The position numbers and the translations under genes are program-made. This document shows, piece after piece, positions 1 to 11,007 of a stretch of 64,000 bases of DNA (position 1 is its first letter; each line of letters begins with the position of its first letter). The stretch spans positions 31,744,001 to 31,808,000 of the forward strand of contig OZ024747.1 of assembly GCA_964016885.1 (NCBI GenBank). Direction: 5' to 3'. The notes below the pieces were generated by a model. The model was given only the letters and a program-made list of their open reading frames with translations, was not told where the DNA came from and searched no databases. The DNA is from Eledone cirrhosa. Taxonomy: Eukaryota.

Positions 1-580
1 CTACCTCCCCATGAGACACGATGGGATAGCTAGAACCATCTGGAATGCACTTCGGAAAACAAAATTAACAACAAACGAGGAAGAATATATTGAGACAGAT
101 GGCACTAAGGAATACTGGTGGAACCTGAAAATAAAAAGTGCCACCAAATTAAAGCACAACCGGCCTGATATTGTTGTTTGGGACCACACATTGAAAACGT
201 GTTCTGTCGTGGAGATCAGCTGCCCACTTGATGTAAACGTTGTCAGAAAAATACAGGAGAAGGAGGACATCTACGGACCATTGATGAGGAGTTTACAAAT
301 CCAGTATCCAAGATACACCTTTAGCTTCATACCCATCACTATTGGAGCTACGGGTTATATACCAACCCGCTTGGACCAAAGGATGACTGAACTTGGATTT
401 GCGGACAAAAAGCGCAGCTCCCTAATTCATAGTCTACAAATGGCTGCGATAGCTGGTATCTTCAAAATTTGCAATACATTCTTGCGATTCAAGGGATGAC
501 AATTTCTTTTCTTTTACAACCTTGCCACCACGAAGGTGGCCGGTCAAACAAAATATACTCGAAATTAAGAGAAAGAGATA
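1..580 (+). mobile_element. 3' end of an RLE-type non-LTR retrotransposon (R4/Dong-like); ORF 11..499 encodes the restriction-like endonuclease domain
   Basis: ORF 11..499 has RHD...YWWN...KHNRPDIVVWD...VEISCP...K...Y..L...IPITIGATG, the RHD / PD-(D/E) motif set of REL endonucleases. The ORF runs off the window start; a short 3' UTR ends before a (CATA)n tract. Confidence 0.8.
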
Positions 581-825
581 ACACATACATACATACATCC
601 AAATACATACATACACAAGCATATATAAAAGGCGAGGAAGTAAACACAATGATAATAATTATTAGAATTCATAAAGAAAATGTCACTGGTAGTGGATGGT
701 TGAGCTGAAAGTATTTAGAAGTGGCAATCACTTTGAACAGTTGTACCATCTATTTCAAGTAAAGTGTATAATATAAGAGGTGATGGCAGGAAAATAATTA
801 TGACAATGGTTTGTATGTGTGTATA

Positions 826-3230
826 TCATCATCATCATCATCATCATCATCATTTTACGTCCACTTTTCTCTGCTTGCAAGGGTGGGACGGGTCTTATTC
901 AGCACAGCATCTCTCCACTCGTCACAGTCCCTCGTCATCTCCACCGTGAGCTTGATTTGAGGTCTGTTCTCACCACCTCCGCCCATGTTTTTCGTGGTCT
1001 ACCTCTACCACGTCTTCCTTCAACTGGCAATTCCTGGCACTTCTTCACCCATCGGTCATCCTCCATGCGCATCACATGTCCATACCACCTCAGTCTCCTC
1101 TCCCGTACACTACATTCAGACACAGTTTCTCTCTCAACACATTTATGCTGGATCGTTCACGCACATTTACACTGCACATCCAACGGAGCATGCTTGCCTC
1201 ATTTCTCTCCAGCCGTCGCATATCCTCTGCAGTTGCTGCCCATGTCTCACTACCATGCAACATCGCGCTCCTCACACAGGCATCATACAACCGGCCTTTC
1301 GTACGCAGGAAGAAACCCTTCTTCGTCAACAGAGGAAGCAGCTCCCTAAACTTCTTCCAACCCGTCCTTATTCTAGATAATATGGCCTCGGAACACCCTC
1401 CTCCCATGCTAATCTGATCTCCTAGGTACCGGAAGCTATCCACCACTTCTATAGCGCCCTCTTGCATTTGAAAAATGTGTCTATCAGTGCGACTTCTACT
1501 GTCTAATTTCCCTGTACATCTACTGCATACATATTTCTCCCTACCTGTTAGTTTGCCTGCTATCCCACTACATCTCTTGTGTACCCAGGATCTGCATTGT
1601 GTGCATTTTATAGAATTTATGCCAGTTCCTTTTCTGCATATCGAACATGGCCATTTCCCTGACGGAATCAGGGTTTTGTCCTCTTTTCTACTCATCAACA
1701 CTTTTGTCTTAGCTAGATTCACTCTCAGTCCTCTTGCTTCCAACTGCTGTTTCCATAGCCAGAATTTATTCTCTAGCTCCTCTACTGATTCTGCTATAAG
1801 AACCAGATCGTCAGCATAGAGAAGTTCCCATGGACAGCCAGTCTTAAACTCCTCTGTTATGGCTTGGAGGACTATAATGAACAAGAGCGGGCTGAGGACC
1901 GAACCCTGATGTACTCCTACTTGTATCTGGAATTCCTCACTAAACTCCATTCCTACCCTGACTTTACTGAGAGTACCTCTGTACAAAGTTTGCACTATCC
2001 TCACAAGCCATTCCTCAACACCTAGCTTCCTTAGGGACCACCAGATGACAGATCGGGGTACCCTATCAAAGGCCTTCTCTAGGTCAACAAAGGCTAAGTA
2101 TAGTGGCTTATTCTTCTCTAAGAACCTCTCTTGCAATTGTCTCACCAAGAAGAGGGCATCTGTTGTACTCTTCCCAGGCACAAAACCAAACTGCATCTCA
2201 TCTAGTTTGAACCTTTCTCTAATTAGTTGTGCTAAAATCCTTTCTGCCACTTTCATAACCTGATCTATCAGTTTTATACCCCTATAATTGCTCCTCTCCA
2301 AAGCATCCCCTTTACCTTTGTAGCAATTTATGAGAATACTGCTGCACCAGTCTTTGGGTATGACATCACCATATATAGCCTGATTGATGATGCGTGCAAC
2401 CAGTTTAGTGCCTACGTCCCCTGATGCCTTCAGCATCTCAGCAACTATTCCTGATGGTCCGGCCACCTTACCATTTTTCATTTCCCTAATCGCCTCTTGG
2501 ACCCTATATTCGTCAATCTCAATAGCTGGTCCCTCTGTCGGATCTACCAAGGGTAATTTCTCTCTCTCCCATTCGTTCTCCACATTCATCAGTCTCTCAT
2601 AATGACATTTCCAGGCCTCCTTTTTCTGATCATTCGTGACACTAAGTACACCGGCATCATCCCGGACACATTTATCTCCAACAACATCCTGATTTGCATT
2701 GACACACTGCCTTGCAATGTGGAACACCGCACGCCTCTGATCTTCCCGTTACAGAACATTGGCAAACCTCCTACTCTCTGCCTCCCTGCGTGCTAAGTAC
2801 ACCTGACGTCTAGCTTCTCTCTTAGTGGCTGTATATTCTTCCCTACTCCCACCCTTTTTCCAAGCCTTCCATGCTAGTCTTTTGTCTCTAATAGCCTTAT
2901 CTACTGTGCTGTTCCACCACCAGGTCACTCTCTGTCTGGTTGGAGCTCTGCTCCAGCCACAGGTTTCATCAGTAGCCTGCAGCAAGTTGTCACGTAAGAA
3001 ATTCCAGTTATTATCTATGTCATACGTCTCTAAATCGTCTTCTTTTTCGTCATATACATCTTGAAAGGCTTTCCTAAATTTGTATTTTAGTGAAAGGTCT
3101 TTTAGCTTCCAGACCTTTCTTCTCCACACCTTCCTATATGTCTCATTCCATCTCTTGCTTACTGAGATATCACTAACAACTAACCTATGCTGTGGGGTAC
3201 ATTCTGTGGGGTACATTCTGTGGGGTACAT
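826..3230 (-). mobile_element. RTE-clade LINE, 5'-truncated (RT plus Cys/His PHD-like finger), with a premature stop and a 3' frameshift
   Basis: ORFs 2749..3216 and 1090..2727 are in one frame, split by TAA at 2749-2751 (CGA in the copy at 14 kb). RT motifs NYRGIKL, QFGF, FVDLEKAFD, GVHQGSVLSPLLF, LYADD. C-terminal RLRWYGHVMR...GRPRKTW in 935..1123. (CAT)n tail at 826-852. Confidence 0.95.
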
Positions 3231-3253
3231 ATAAATATATATATATATATATA

Positions 3254-3414
3254 TATATTTGAAAAAAAGGAAAATAATGACTTCACTTGTAGTGTTAAAT
3301 AATTTGATTTAATATTATAATATATTATACAATTTTATGTTATAATATTATAAAATTAAATCAAATTATTTAACACTACAAGTGAAGTCATTCTTTTCCT
3401 TTTTTTCAAATATA
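3254..3414. repeat. Fold-back inverted repeat, about 60-bp arms
   Basis: 3254-3313 (tatatttgaaaaaaaggaaaataatgacttcacttgtagtgttaaataatttgatttaat) is the reverse complement of 3355-3414 with one mismatch. Confidence 0.9.
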
Positions 3415-3469
3415 CCTAACTGTACCAAGGATCTCAAACATTTTCCAATGTATATATATATATATATTT

Positions 3470-3770
3470 GTTTTGCGAGGTTTTTTATATGAAATCCTGT
3501 GTCGAAACAAATATTGTTATACTTGGGGAGGGTCATATTGTTGTAATAATATTGCCAGAATTAATAACAGAACACACTCACTGTTTGGTTGGTTTTCGCT
3601 TCTGTATCTTTTATATCAGTTAATTCATTCGGTCCTCAATGTTTACCATTGACTGACCAACGGTCAAAAATACAGATATAATATAGATATAAACACATAT
3701 ATATAGTCTAATAAAGTTCTTTCGTTGCACATCTGCAACATCGTCAGTGGTGATATCTACGCCATCTTTA
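3470..3770 (-). mobile_element. Probable PLE pseudo-LTR fragment with an HHR-like motif (3713-3750), between (TA)n tracts
   Basis: Homologous to 6516-6720, 7170-7405, 13283-13443, 19160-19428 and 23620-23795. Minus strand reads CTGACGA-t-gttgca-gatg-tgcaac-GAAA-gaactt. Confidence 0.65.
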
Positions 3771-3795
3771 TATTTATATATATATATATATATGC

Positions 3796-3829
<34 letters not shown>

Positions 3830-3938
3830 GTGTATATATGAAGTAATTCCATCGGAAAAGTCCAGGAAAAAAGAGTGCTCTATGTAAGCAACAGAGCTTA
3901 ATTATTATTATTATGTAATAAACAACATGAGGCAATTA

Positions 3939-3998
3939 TTCCATTTACCAGTGGTTTCTTAAAAGCAAAAGGTTTTGCTTTCAATCCTCAGAATGAAA
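3939..3998 (-). ncRNA. Type I hammerhead ribozyme (antisense copy in the palindrome arm)
   Basis: Exact reverse complement of 4019-4078. Confidence 0.8.
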
Positions 3999-4018
3999 AA
4001 TCCTGGTAAACCAGGATT

Positions 4019-4078
4019 TTTCATTCTGAGGATTGAAAGCAAAACCTTTTGCTTTTAAGAAACCACTGGTAAATGGAA
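4019..4078 (+). ncRNA. Type I hammerhead ribozyme (copy 1)
   Basis: Stem I tttcatt/aatggaa; core CTGAGGA; stem II ttgaaagcaaaa-cc-ttttgcttttaa; GAAA; stem III cc-act-gg; GUA cleavage triplet, cut predicted after 4071. Confidence 0.85.
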
Positions 4079-4441
4079 TAATTGCCTCATGTTGTTTATT
4101 ACATAATAATAATAATTAAGCTCTGTTGCTTACATAGAGCACTCTTTTTTCCTGGACTTTTCCGATGGAATTACTTCATTTATACAGCTCCAACCGGGAT
4201 TGATCGCAGCATATTCGATATTACATATACGATTAGCACTTTCCAGCCCGATTAGTTGAGCACTCTACAGTTTTCAGGAATTTAACCAACATACACCATG
4301 GACCTTTATGATTTGGATTATTCTATCAAAAACATACCCACTCCTTCCAACACAACATACACCAAAATCCTCATTGATAAAATCGAGCAAGTCGTTAAAA
4401 GAATGAGATGGAAGGCAATGGTTTAAAGGAAAACCAGGATT

Positions 4442-4501
4442 TTTCATTCTGAGGATTGAAAGCAAAACCTTTTGCTTTTAAGAAACCACTGGTAAATGGA
4501 A
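4442..4501 (+). ncRNA. Type I hammerhead ribozyme (copy 2)
   Basis: Identical to 4019-4078, one repeat unit downstream. Confidence 0.85.
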
Positions 4502-4863
4502 TAATTGCCTTATGTTGTTTATTACATAATAATAATAATTAAGCTCTGTTGCTTACATAGAGCACTCTTTTTTCCTGGACTTTTCCGATGGAATTACTTC
4601 ATTTATACAGCTCCAACCGGGATTGATCGCAGCATATTCGATATTACATATACGATTGGCACTTTCCAGCCCGATTAGTTGAGCACTCTACAGTTTTCAG
4701 GAATTTAACCAACATACACCATGGACCTTTATGATTTGGATTATTCTATCAAAAACATACCCACTCCTTCCAACACAACATACACCAAAATCCTCATTGA
4801 TAAAATCGAGCAAGTCGTTAAAAGAATGAGATGGAAGGCAATGGTTTAAAGAAAACCAGGATT

Positions 4864-4923
4864 TTTCATTCTGAGGATTGAAAGCAAAACCTTTTGCTTT
4901 TAAGAAACCACTGGTAAATGGAA
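4864..4923 (+). ncRNA. Type I hammerhead ribozyme (copy 3)
   Basis: Identical to 4019-4078, in the third partial unit. Confidence 0.85.
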
Positions 4924-4952
4924 TAATTGCCTTATGTTGTTTATTACATAAT

Positions 4953-4996
<44 letters not shown>

Positions 4997-5047
4997 GTGT
5001 GTGTATATATGTATATTTATATAATATATATATACAAATACACACAC

Positions 5048-5142
<95 letters not shown>

Positions 5143-5228
5143 GTAAGTTATTCCGGGTCGAATTGGAGGTAACCACAGTAAGTAAGGTACTCAATACATA
5201 GCAGAGTATAAAAGTTTTAATATAGATG

Positions 5229-5279
5229 AGATTCTACAGGACTAGAACTGTTTCATTCTTGAGAAATCATCAGGAATCT
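5229..5279 (-). ncRNA. Type I hammerhead ribozyme, second family
   Basis: Minus strand: agattc-CTGATGA-t-ttc-tcaa-gaa-t-GAAA-cag-ttctagtc-ctg-TA-gaatct. 6-bp stem I, GUA triplet, CTAG palindrome in loop 3. Confidence 0.75.
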
Positions 5280-5501
5280 GACTGTCCAAGTAAATATGGT
5301 GGTATTTATATCTTTTCAGGAGGTAGGAGAGGGTGGGGAGTGGGATGGGTGGAGGTCACCCAGAAAAGGGAATTCATTAAAAGCTAATTCTTTAAGGCTA
5401 TAATTTATATTTAGAGTGACAAAGGCAGAAAGAATTCTATAAACAAGTTCAGAATGGGGTGCCACTCCTTATTTTTAAGTTTCCCTTAAGCTAACAATTC
5501 C

Positions 5502-5764
5502 TATATTTCAGGTGTCTATAAGATGGTTGTGGGTCGGGCATGGTTGATGGATTTAAAGAAAAGGGAAATTCTTTAAAAGCTAATTCTTTAAAGTTCTACT
5601 TAGAGTGACAAAGGCAGAGAGAATTCTATAAACCAGTTCAAATATTGGGTGCCTGTCATATCATTATTGTCATATTTCTCTTAAGCTATATTCCAGGTGT
5701 CAACAGACACATTCACATACACACACACACATATATAAATATAAACATATACAAACATATACAA

Positions 5765-5860
<96 letters not shown>

Positions 5861-6112
5861 ATATGTGTTTGTATATGTTTGTATATGTGTATATTTATAT
5901 ATATGTGTGTGTGTGTATGTGAATGTGTCTGTTGACACCTGAAATATACCTTAGAGAAACATGACAATAAGGACAGGCACCCAATATTTGAACTGGTTTA
6001 TAGAATTCTCTCTGCCTTTGTCACTCTAAGTAGAGCTTTAAAGAATTTCCCTTTTCTTTAAACCCATCAACCATGACTGACACCCAACCATCTTATAGAC
6101 ACCTGAAATATA
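5502..6112. repeat. Imperfect inverted repeat (about 280-bp arms) centred on a (CA)n(TA)n(TG)n tract
   Basis: tatatttcaggtgtctataagatgg...ggtgtcaacagacacattcac (5502-5720) mirrors gtgaatgtgtctgttgacacc...ccatcttatagacacctgaaatata (5919-6112). The flanking microsatellite variants are mirrored too. Confidence 0.9.
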
Positions 6113-6203
6113 TATATATCCGGGACTATCCGGGAGCTTCCAACAGAAATGGTCGCATTTTTAAGGGTATGTCAATATTTATTTATAAAACTGATCTATA
6201 TTA

Positions 6204-6268
6204 TATTTTATCTGAGGAAAGCGCACCATAATTTGATTTGGTGTCCTTGAAATATGTATAATGAAATA
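6204..6268 (+). ncRNA. Type I minimal hammerhead ribozyme, third family
   Basis: tattttat-CTGAGGA-aag-c-gcacca-loop-tggtgt-c-ctt-GAAA-t-atgt-a-TA-atgaaata; homologous to 62540-62600. Confidence 0.7.
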
Positions 6269-6309
6269 AATATGGTTTTATAAATATAGTTTCCATTTGT
6301 TAATATATC

Positions 6310-6382
<73 letters not shown>

Positions 6383-6445
6383 CACACATATATATATATA
6401 TGTATATGTATATATATACATATATATATATATATATAAACATAT

Positions 6446-6512
<67 letters not shown>

Positions 6513-6515
6513 TAT

Positions 6516-7405
6516 ATTGTTATGCTTTGGGAGCGTCATGTTGCCAATTAGAAACGCACGCACCAGTTGCTTTCACTTCAATTTATTATAAATTAAATTT
6601 ATAAATTTAGGAATTTATAAATTTCCAGTTGGTTGATTGGTTGGTTCCATAACCAGACGATTATTCATATATTGTCAAAGTTCTTTCGTCACACATTCTG
6701 TGACCTCTTCAGTGACTGGGGATTCTTTTCTTCGTTTTTGTGCCTCTCCTTTGTTCTGTCCTACGCCATCTTGTTTTTGTGTGTGTTGTGTGCTTAGTTT
6801 GCGCTTGTGTTACATCCGGGTGTCTGTGTGTGTTTATATTTGTTTATTTATTTGTTTATTTACATGTTACTGGTTGGTTGTTTGTTCTATGTGTGTGTGT
6901 ATTTTCATTTTGTCCTTAATTGTTAGTTGTGATGTTGCATGAATGGAACAGCAACATCACAACTTACAATTAAGGACAAAATGAAAACACACACACACAT
7001 AGAACAAACAACCAACCAGTAACATGTAAATAAACAAATAAATAAACAAATATAAACACACACAGACACCCTGATGTAACACATGCGCAAACTAAGCACA
7101 CAACACACACAAAAACAAGATGGCGTATGACAGAACAAAGGAGAGGCACAAAAACAAAGAAAAGAATCCCCAGTCACTGAAGAGGTCACAGAATGTGTGA
7201 CGAAAGAAATTTGACAATATATGAACAATCCTCTTGTTGTGGAACCAACCAACCGGAAATTTATAAATTTAATTTATAATAAATTGAAGTGAAAGCAACT
7301 GGTGCGTCTGTTTCTTATTGGCAACATGACCCTCCCAAAGTATAACAATATCGGTTTCAACACACATTTTCAGATAAAGAATCTTGCTAAACAAATTCAG
7401 AAACG
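6516..7405. mobile_element. Inverted pair of probable PLE pseudo-LTR fragments (about 400-420-bp arms, centre about 6945), each with an HHR-like motif (6674-6716 minus, 7173-7215 plus)
   Basis: ORFs 6637..6942(+) and 6923..7252(-) are near-identical translations, showing the inversion. The right arm continues into [27 protein letters not shown], which is also seen at 43318..43521. Confidence 0.75.
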
Positions 7406-7407
<2 letters not shown>

Positions 7408-7478
<71 letters not shown>

Positions 7479-7529
7479 CATATACACACACATATACACA
7501 CACACACATATATATACATATACATATAC

Positions 7530-7574
<45 letters not shown>

Positions 7575-7935
7575 CATATATACATATATATATACATATA
7601 TATACACATACACATGCATATATATATACATATATACACACAAATATACATACGCACACACACAAATATATATACACATATACACACATACATACATACA
7701 CACACACACACATACATACATTCATATACACATAAAAGTATACATACATACATATATATACATATATATACACATACACATGCATATATATACATATATA
7801 CACACAAATATACATACGCACACACACAAATATATATACACATATACACACATACATACATACACATACACACACACATACATACATATATACACATAAA
7901 AGTATACATATATATATATAAACACACATACACAC
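7408..7935. repeat. Compound (TA)n/(CA)n microsatellite; similar tracts at 4958-5140, 6310-6515, 24870-25370, 25548-25780, 28440-28730, 30870-31348 and 32730-33125
   Basis: Direct dinucleotide runs; source of the [12 protein letters not shown] ORFs. Confidence 0.95.
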
Positions 7936-8227
7936 CTTTCTCATTTAATTAATTTCTATCTAGGACAATAGAATATTTATTCTATTTTACCTTTTAAAAT
8001 CTGTCAGAGCATATTGGCATGAATGAAGTTTTAAAACGGAAATGTTCTTAGATGAGAAATGGCTGTGTTCTTTTGTGTGTATATGTGTGGGTGAGTGTGA
8101 ATTGAAATATGTGTGTCTTTTTGTGATAGCATGAGTGTGTATCTATAAGCATATAAATTTCACAGTTAAATTTCAACAAATATGTGCATGTGTCAATATA
8201 TATTTGTATATGTATCCACAGGTGTAT

Positions 8228-8268
<41 letters not shown>

Positions 8269-8737
8269 GTGTATGTATGTATGCAAAATAATGCATGCAT
8301 ATATATACATAAGCATGCATATGTATAGGCGAATTCAAATATGGTAGATTGCAAGCGTTATCATGAACAATATTAGAGTAATCAATACTTATATTAGAGT
8401 GAAATATTAATCAAATTGAGTTTACCAGTAAGAACAATAATTTAATAAATGCACATATGAATATATGCAAATGCAGATATGTATATATATATGTGTGTAA
8501 GTGTGTTTGCCTATATGCATATATTATGCACATATATATTACATACAATGTATATATGTGTGTGTGTATATATACATAAGTGTGTGTGTACATATATTTG
8601 CATATCTCTATATACACAAATACATTGTACAGTTATACACATGTATACTTAACCCAATTGCTTGTAGCACATGTGGAGAAGAAATATAGAATGTGTTCCT
8701 TGGTTCTCCTGCATTTATCTATTTAATTGATGTGGAT

Positions 8738-9300
8738 ACTTCATGGCCTAATGGTTAGAAGTTTGATTCACAATCACAAGGTCTCAGGTTCAATCCCAAT
8801 GCATGGATTCTAGAACATGTATCATTTACCATAGTCTCGGGTTAACTCATGCCTTGTATGAGAGACTGAGGTTCTAGAAACTGTTTGGAAACCTCTCAGG
8901 TGGACTGAACCTGTAATTGAATGGACCAGCCTGGTTACGTACTGTGTCATGCTGAATCTCCCTGCCAACTACATTAAGGGTTCATATGTCTGTGGAATGC
9001 TCAGTCACTTACACATTAAATTTCATGAGCAGGCTGTTTTGTTGATCAAACAACTGGAATACTCTGTGTCCTGCTGAATCCCCTTGAGAACTACATTAAG
9101 GGTTCCTGTGTTTGCAGAATGCTCTTTCATGCATTAATTTCACGATGGATATACGTTTGATTGAGCAAATGGAACACTGTGTTATGCTGAATCTCCCTGA
9201 GAACTACATTAAGTGTACACATGTCAGTGGAATGCGCAGTCACTTACTCATCTATGTCATGAACTGGCTGTACTGTTGATCAAACAACTGGAATACATAT
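8738..9300 (+). mobile_element. Old tRNA-derived SINE-like element with three internal repeats of about 120 bp
   Basis: A/B-box-like head (tggcctaatggttaga...ggttcaatccc). The block ctgtgtcatgctgaatctccctg..aactacattaagg repeats at about 8942, 9065 and 9177. Confidence 0.55.
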
Positions 9301-9696
9301 TATCTTTCAATGCCATTCCAGTGAGTGTGTATGTGTTAGTGAATATGTATGTCTGTATATGTATGTTTATGTTTAGGTAGATGTGTCTATGTTAATGAGA
9401 GTGCATGTATCTGTACATGTGCAATAGTGAGTGCATACATGTATGTATGCATTTGTGTGTCGGTATGTGTTTGTATGAGCATGTGTTAATGTGACTCAGT
9501 GCATATGTCTATGTGTGTGTTTGTGTGTGCACGTGTGTGTGTATGAGTGTGTTTGTACTATATCTCTATATGATCAGTATGCATCTCTATATATGTGTCA
9601 GTGCATATATGTCTGTATCTGAGTGTTTATTTGAGTCAGTGAACATATACATGGCCTCAGCCGGATGGCTGCAACAGGTAAAACAGTCAAAGAGTA

Positions 9697-10115
9697 ATCA
9701 TCATCATCATCATCACCGTTTTACGTCCGTTCTTCCCCGCTAGGATGGGTTAGACGGGGTGTCCTGTTGTGGGCAGTGTCTGGTCGGCTGACTTTGTCTT
9801 GCTCATACAGGAACTGATTCTGGCTTGATTTCTACAGCTGGATGCCCTTCCTAACACCAACCTCATTTACAGTGAGTGGTGGGTGCTTTTTTTCTGTGAC
9901 GCCTACACGTCCACTTTACAGTGTGGGCTGGGTGCTTTTTTTCCGTGGCGCCTACATGTCCAATTTGCAGTGTGGGCTGGGTGCTTTTTTTGCCATGGCA
10001 CCTCCACGACCACTTTGCAGTGGGAGGGTGTGGAGGCATATTGTCTATATGCTTCAGCTTCTACCCATGGGCGGTCGGGTACTGTATTACTGCGTGCCGC
10101 CAGAGGTCACGGTCA
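9697..10115 (-). mobile_element. RTE 3' UTR/tail fragment
   Basis: (CAT)n followed by caccgttttacgtccgttctt...; same sequence as the 3' end of the RTE at 37138-37450. Confidence 0.7.
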
Positions 10116-10764
10116 TGTGTGCATGTAATATATATATATATCATCATCGTTTACATACATATATATATTATATACATACATATATATACATATACACACA
10201 CGTATATATATATACATACATATATATATACACACGTATATATATATATACATTTAAATATATACACATACATACACACGCACATATATGTATGTCTGTA
10301 TATGTGGTTGTATGAGCATGTGTTTATGAGTCAGAGCATATACATACACACACATATATATATATATATCTGTATGCATGTGTTTGTGTTATTTCTCTAT
10401 CTGATCAGTAAAGCAATACTAAATTAGTTTATATGCATACTAATAGAGTTACAGCTGCAGCAGTAACCCAACTATACATACCAACAGCAGCCTAATGATG
10501 ATATGTTCGCAAGAAACATCCATATACATCAGCATGCTGGAGATTTAGATTAAAAGTTCATGCTTTCTTCCTCATCTTTTTTCCCCTCCATCTTTACTTT
10601 GTATTTTAATTTTTCTTGAACTTTATATTTTTATATTGATTGATTTAGTCTTTTTTTGTGGTTTATTTTATTTTATTTTTTGGGTTTTTGGTTTTTCCTT
10701 AATCTTTTCATCTCAGATATTCCTGTTGGAACATTTCCAGATTAATTAGAGCAAGCATCAGATA

Positions 10765-11007
10765 CTGCTACTACTGCTGTTGTCAATGTTGCTACTGTTG
10801 AGCTGCTGTTGCTACTACTACAACTTCTAATGCTACCATCACTACCACCACTAGTACTACTATTACTACTAATGTTACCACCACTCCTACTACTGTTGCT
10901 ACTACTACTACTACCACCACTACCACCATCACTACCACCATCACTACTACCACTACCACCACTACCACCATCAACAGCACCACTACCACCACCACAACTA
11001 CTACTAT
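10765..11007. repeat. (ACT/ACC)n trinucleotide low-complexity tract
   Basis: Runs of actact/accacc; the ORFs here are poly-V and poly-L/P. Confidence 0.9.

Larger units (their letters stand above)
3838..4179. repeat. Perfect palindrome, 170-bp arms, 2-nt spacer
   Basis: 3838-4007 is the exact reverse complement of 4010-4179; centre tcctggt-aa-accagga. Confidence 0.95.
4010..4958 (+). mobile_element. Tandem array (about 2.25 x 423 bp) of a Penelope-like pseudo-LTR unit; each unit carries an HHR, and the complete units carry a 42-codon PLE N-terminal ORF
   Basis: Units start at 4010, 4433 and 4855 (accaggatttttcattctgagg). ATG 4298 to TAA 4426 encodes [42 protein letters not shown], matching the YSxKNIP...KRxRWKA N-terminus typical of Neptune-type PLE proteins. 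Confidence 0.85.

Noticed and set aside
819-2796. Plus-strand ORFs overlapping the RTE, and the equivalent minus-strand ORFs at 14.1-16.0 kb
   Set aside because: Antisense frames of the RT gene; reproduced in each copy only because the DNA is repeated.
4010-4958. CRISPR-like or satellite interpretation of the tandem units (also the SINE stack at 44.6-45.3 kb)
   Set aside because: Units are hundreds of bp with no unique spacers, the context is eukaryotic and no cas genes are present.
3254-7350. All palindromes being library or assembly chimeras
   Set aside because: Not accepted as the general explanation because several arms have diverged by substitutions and indels (5502-6112, 6516-7350, 21881-22760). 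It remains possible for the perfect one at 3838-4179.
4697-8689. Long ORFs of [12 protein letters not shown] type here and at 24.8-25.9, 28.3-28.8 and 30.7-33.2 kb
   Set aside because: Translations of dinucleotide microsatellites, which lack stop codons; not genes.
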